Shown here: one piece after another, positions 59,831 through 64,000 of the stretch
Numbering within the stretch: the stretch's first letter is position 1
How the letters are laid out: each line of letters starts with the position of its first letter
Source of the DNA: Squalus acanthias
Lineage: Eukaryota
DNA length: 64,000 nt
Assembly (NCBI GenBank): GCA_030390025.1
Contig: CM059432.1
Span: 70,310,001-70,374,000 of the forward strand
Reading direction: 5' to 3'
The notes under the pieces: model-generated
Told to the model about the DNA's origin: nothing
Database searches by the model: none
What the model saw: the letters and a program-made list of their open reading frames with translations, nothing else
Translations under genes and position numbers: made by a program

Positions 59831-62399
59831 AAACCCGACAACAAAATTATAAAAGTGAATGATCTTTTAAGCAATCAGAAACTTGTAAGAATTGACAGCT
59901 AAAAATACAAGTCTTTTATTGGAATGTTGTAAGTAAAAACAAGTAACTTTAAAAATTGCAATATAAGCTGTATTTTACGATGATCAAATAAACTTAGCCA
60001 TTAAAATTGTTAAATCAAGTACTTAATCAAATAAAAAAGTTTCTAAACATCAATACAAAAGATCAGGCTGAGGTTTTTTAACAATTAAGTTCTGCATCAC
60101 TGTGCAAAGTTGTATTCACATTAGTGATGTTGATCACTTGACTTCATTATGTCCACTTCCATTTCACCACAGCAGTCAGCACTGAATAATAAAACTGCAC
60201 AAAACAGATGAGAGTGTTGTGATATCACATATATCACTCAAACCGCTTGCAATATAGATAGGACTGGCAAATTTAAAGGTCACAGTCACTCCTGCCCAGC
60301 ATTTACACTGCCCCAAAATTTAAATCGAATGAAGCTCACGGATAGTAGTGGCTTTTTGGACTTAAATTTGGAACCCATGCTCTGGCAATCTTGTGTACTT
60401 TTTTCCTTGTCATGATTGAAGCATGAAGCATAGAAGAACAAAAATTGTAGAATAACCAGCACCTTAGATACAAGTATCATAGATACAAGCATAGTTTGAG
60501 CAGTTAGTAATGGGGGCGGGGGCGCGTTGGTGTGATTAATGATGGGACTGTATCTGAGTTCTGAGGCAGAGAAGTAAAACAGAAATACATACTAGTACAA
60601 CTGTGCTAGTTTTATACCGCATTAATTGTACATGGTTACCTCAAACAGTAATGCGCCAGAGACACTAATATATGACCCAGTGCCACTGTCCGCACTGGTT
60701 GAGAGCTTCACTGGATACCTCCGACAGCAAAGGTAAATGGTTGCTGGCAGAAGCACTTACACCAGGCCCACCATCTTGGTCTGGTTGCCACTACTGACCT
60801 CTACCTGTCCATTCAAGCCAGAAATACACTCCTGCTGTTGCTGGCAAATACAGACCTTCCCCCGATATTGGGAAACTCCTGACTCAAATGGCAAAGTCGC
60901 AAAAATAACCTTGCACTCAATGCATGACAAGATTTGTGCATGTCCGGTTACTTTAAAGTGATATTCACAAAATGGTTCGTTTATATAAGATATTAATCTT
61001 CAATTCCTGCCATAGAATACAAAGTTTTGAAGCCTCCTGATAGAGGTGCAGAAGGAGGTCAGTACAGTGGCTGCATGTCACAGTACAAGTATCTTTATTG
61101 CCTCAGATGATCTAAACTATTTACTTTGCCATACCTGTGGGATGTTTTCATACTGATAAAATACTGTTTTGCTGAAAGGCGAGAACATTTAAATTAACTT
61201 CATGATGGATGAACTCTTATGATACTGGAAATTTAAATAGGGTGCCAATTATAGATAAATTAAAATATACTCTAACCTACTAGGTTCACTAAAAATTCTA
61301 TACTCCAACAAAACTGATGTTTTCAATCTTATCTAATGTCTCAGATACATTCTATGTGAGAAGTGATATAAAATCATTAAAGTTGTCGGAGATGTTTGTC
61401 CTGTTAGAATGCACTGGATTCACATAGAATTTTAAAATTGTATTAGTCACACATTACCTGTACACATTAAACTTTAGATATTCAAATACAAAAATTGTAC
61501 AAAAACAAATCCTGGATAGAAAAAAAAGATGAAATGCCTTTTTCAGATCATGTTTGGAACATTATCGCAAGACATCACCATTTCAATAGAAAACCCGCCC
61601 CATTTAGACTCCACAAAATCACTTGATAATCAAGGTAGCAGAATTGCTTTCCAATTTATGATTTGTCTAGCCAATCACATGAAAATTGGTTGTTAAAAAC
61701 AATGGCATAGTGACCAACATTGTGGCATTACCATTCTTCTTTCCTTCACACACTGACTCTTGCTGACATACTGTTCTGCCCTATTCAGTCAAGTGGCCAT
61801 TTTTCATATGCGAGTCTAGACCGTGAAGCCAATAGGTTATGCAGCCTTGGGAGGGCAACTTCCTTCACTTTTTTTTGGTTTGTTTACTTCAATTCCCATG
61901 ATCCCAGCAAATTGATAAATGCGTAACAGTTTTCACAACATGACAAACGCTTTCTAAAAAGCAGGGAAAACACACATTCACCTCACAGTAGTGAAGGCAT
62001 AAAATTAATCACTTTGGATTTAAAACATTTTACTTTGTATACAACCCAGTCCCTGAATGGTACAAGTGTCACTTTAACATTCTTTCTCTTTGGTAAAAAT
62101 TAAATAATCTTAGCAGCTTGACAAAGCTTGTGCTAATACAGTTGTGCCAACAATACAAGTATAAACTCCTGCTGTCTGAAACATTATGCAGAAACTGGCA
62201 AAATATTGGATCCTTTCAATTAGAAGTGAAGCTCAGTGCCTCACAACATAGGCCCAACCTGTCCAGTTTCTTTGTTTCTCTCCTAAAGGTGGTGTCCCAT
62301 GGGGAGGTACTGTTCTACCTATAATGGCAACCTTCTGGTGGCCAATCTAAGTTTGAGCCTAGACATCGAATATCAGACTACTTAACCAGGAAGCAGTCT

Positions 62400-62620
62400 T
62401 CATAGGTACGTGCAGTCCACATATTTTGTAAGTGGTGTTACTGGATAATAAGAAATAAGCACCTTAGATAACTTTTTCCCTTTCCCCATTTTCCTAGATG
62501 GGCTATTGGGGGAGGGGCCATGGATGCCAGTTGTACCATCCATAACATTTGGTTCAGCTGAGATCAGGTAATTCAGCAAAGACTGAGGATCACATCTGGG
62601 GCCATATTGGTCTGTCTGTC
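62400..62620 (-). mobile_element. Old tRNA-derived SINE, same family as 16650-16975
   Basis: The reverse strand reads cagtctttgctgaattacctgatctcagc. Confidence 0.45.
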
Positions 62621-63311
62621 TCATTAACAGGTGGCATAGTTACCCAGAGACCAAATGAAGCCACTTTAAAACTAACAGTTAGGAATAACTTCCAATAGTG
62701 TTTTCACATGCACGCTCATGTCCAAAAAAACCCCAAAGAAAACACCAAGATTGTAATTAATGACAAGGAAGAGGATTCAGTGGCTCAACTCTTCCACTAA
62801 ACTCCAATTTTCATACCCTACAGGAAAATATGCACTGCTTCAAACCTCTTGTGTACTGATCTCTTCAGCTTTATTAAAATAGTTAAGCCCAGGGTTTTAA
62901 TAATTAAACTACAAACTAGTATTTAACAAAGCTGTATGTAAATACACTCAAAGCATTTTGCTCCCTTTTAATAATTAAAGGAATTTTATTTGTCTTCGGG
63001 ATATTTTAGTTGGCAAATAATTTGACACATTTTCACTTTTGTTTAAACTTATCACTTTGATACTTATAATGTTGAACGGTAGCACGCTTTAACTACTTTC
63101 AAAGGGAGCCGCATTAGTATCTCTTTAAAAAGTACTGTTAAAGTAATTACAATTAGCACTACCTTTTATGCCCATTTTTAGGGGGGGGGGGGGGGGGAGG
63201 AGGGGAAAGAGTCAAAATAGTAAGTTCTGACAGACATCACTGGAAACTGGCATACAAAAATAACAGCATTAAGGATCTTGAATTATCAGCAGAAGCAGTT
63301 AGTAACTCAGG

Positions 63312-64000
63312 ATTAAGGAAGTGGTAGCAGGACATTTAGAAAATCATAATATAGTCAAGCAGAGTCAGCATGGTTTTATGAAAGGGAAATCATGTGACAA
63401 ATTTGCTGGAGTTCTTTGAGGATGTAACGAGCAGGGTGGATAAAGGGGAACCAGAAGATGTCGTGTATTTGGATTTCCATAAGGCATTCAATAAGGTGCC
63501 ACACAAAAGGTTATTGCACAAGATAAGAGCTCACGGGGTTGGGGGTAATATATTAGCATGGATAAAGGATTGGCTAACTAACAGAAAACAGAGTCGGGAT
63601 AAATGGGTCATTTTCAGGTTGGCAAACTGTAACTAGTGGGGTGCTGCAGGGATCAGTGCCGAGGCCTCAACTATTTACAATCTATATTAATGACTTGGAT
63701 GAAGGGACCAAGTGTAATGTAGCCAAATTTGCTGATGATACTAAGATAGGTGGGAAAGCAAATGGTGTGGAGGACGCAAAGAATCTCCAAAGGGATATAG
63801 ATAGGCTAAGTGAGTGGGCAAAAATCTGGCAGATGGAGTATAATGTGGGAAAATGCAAGGTTAGGAAAAATTAAAAAGCAAATTATTTAAATGGGGAGAG
63901 ATTACAAAATGCTGAGGTACAGAGGGATCTGGGGGTCCTTGTACATGAATCACAAAGTTAGCATGCAGGTACAGCAAGTAATTAGGAAGGCAAATGGAAT
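63312..64000 (+). mobile_element. CR1 (family D) RT fragment running off the window
   Basis: ORFs 63394.. and 63641..: TNLLEFFEDV, DFHKAF.KVPH, KFADDTK. Confidence 0.92.

Noticed and set aside
60286..60492. Small secreted protein (hydrophobic N-terminus, 68 aa)
   Set aside because: Non-ATG start, no recognisable homology or gene signals; a hydrophobic run is expected by chance in T-rich sequence.
63181..63205. G-run as a functional G-quadruplex (also about 9396-9410)
   Set aside because: Simple homopolymer runs with no supporting context, and prone to sequencing error.

Overview
Vertebrate genomic DNA, most likely a cartilaginous fish (shark/ray); this is an inference from CR1 tails and SINE families that resemble chondrichthyan repeats as I recall them. 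I find no host protein-coding gene, RNA gene or CRISPR array that I can support. The window is an intergenic or intronic stack of nested transposable elements. (1) A near-complete two-gene PIF/Harbinger DNA transposon (2938-7220: DDE transposase plus a convergent three-exon Myb/SANT partner gene), three MITEs sharing its ends, a second decayed Harbinger (about 42780-48200) and other Harbinger-type derivatives. (2) A very young CsRn1-type Gypsy LTR retrotransposon (37212-42503) and an older Mag-type Gypsy (31961-36921). (3) Two solo LTRs of 659 and about 1627 bp. (4) One full-length CR1 LINE (12441-16610) and many CR1, L2 and Tx1 fragments. (5) Deu-type and other tRNA-derived SINEs. The observations least explained by routine annotation are a shared flank motif at four Harbinger-family insertions, a LINE that seems to begin with a tRNA-derived SINE head, a polyA-tailed insertion carrying a CpG-dense higher-order hairpin array (about 49790-51085), and an unusually long solo LTR. 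All alignments were done by eye; family names are recalled, not searched.
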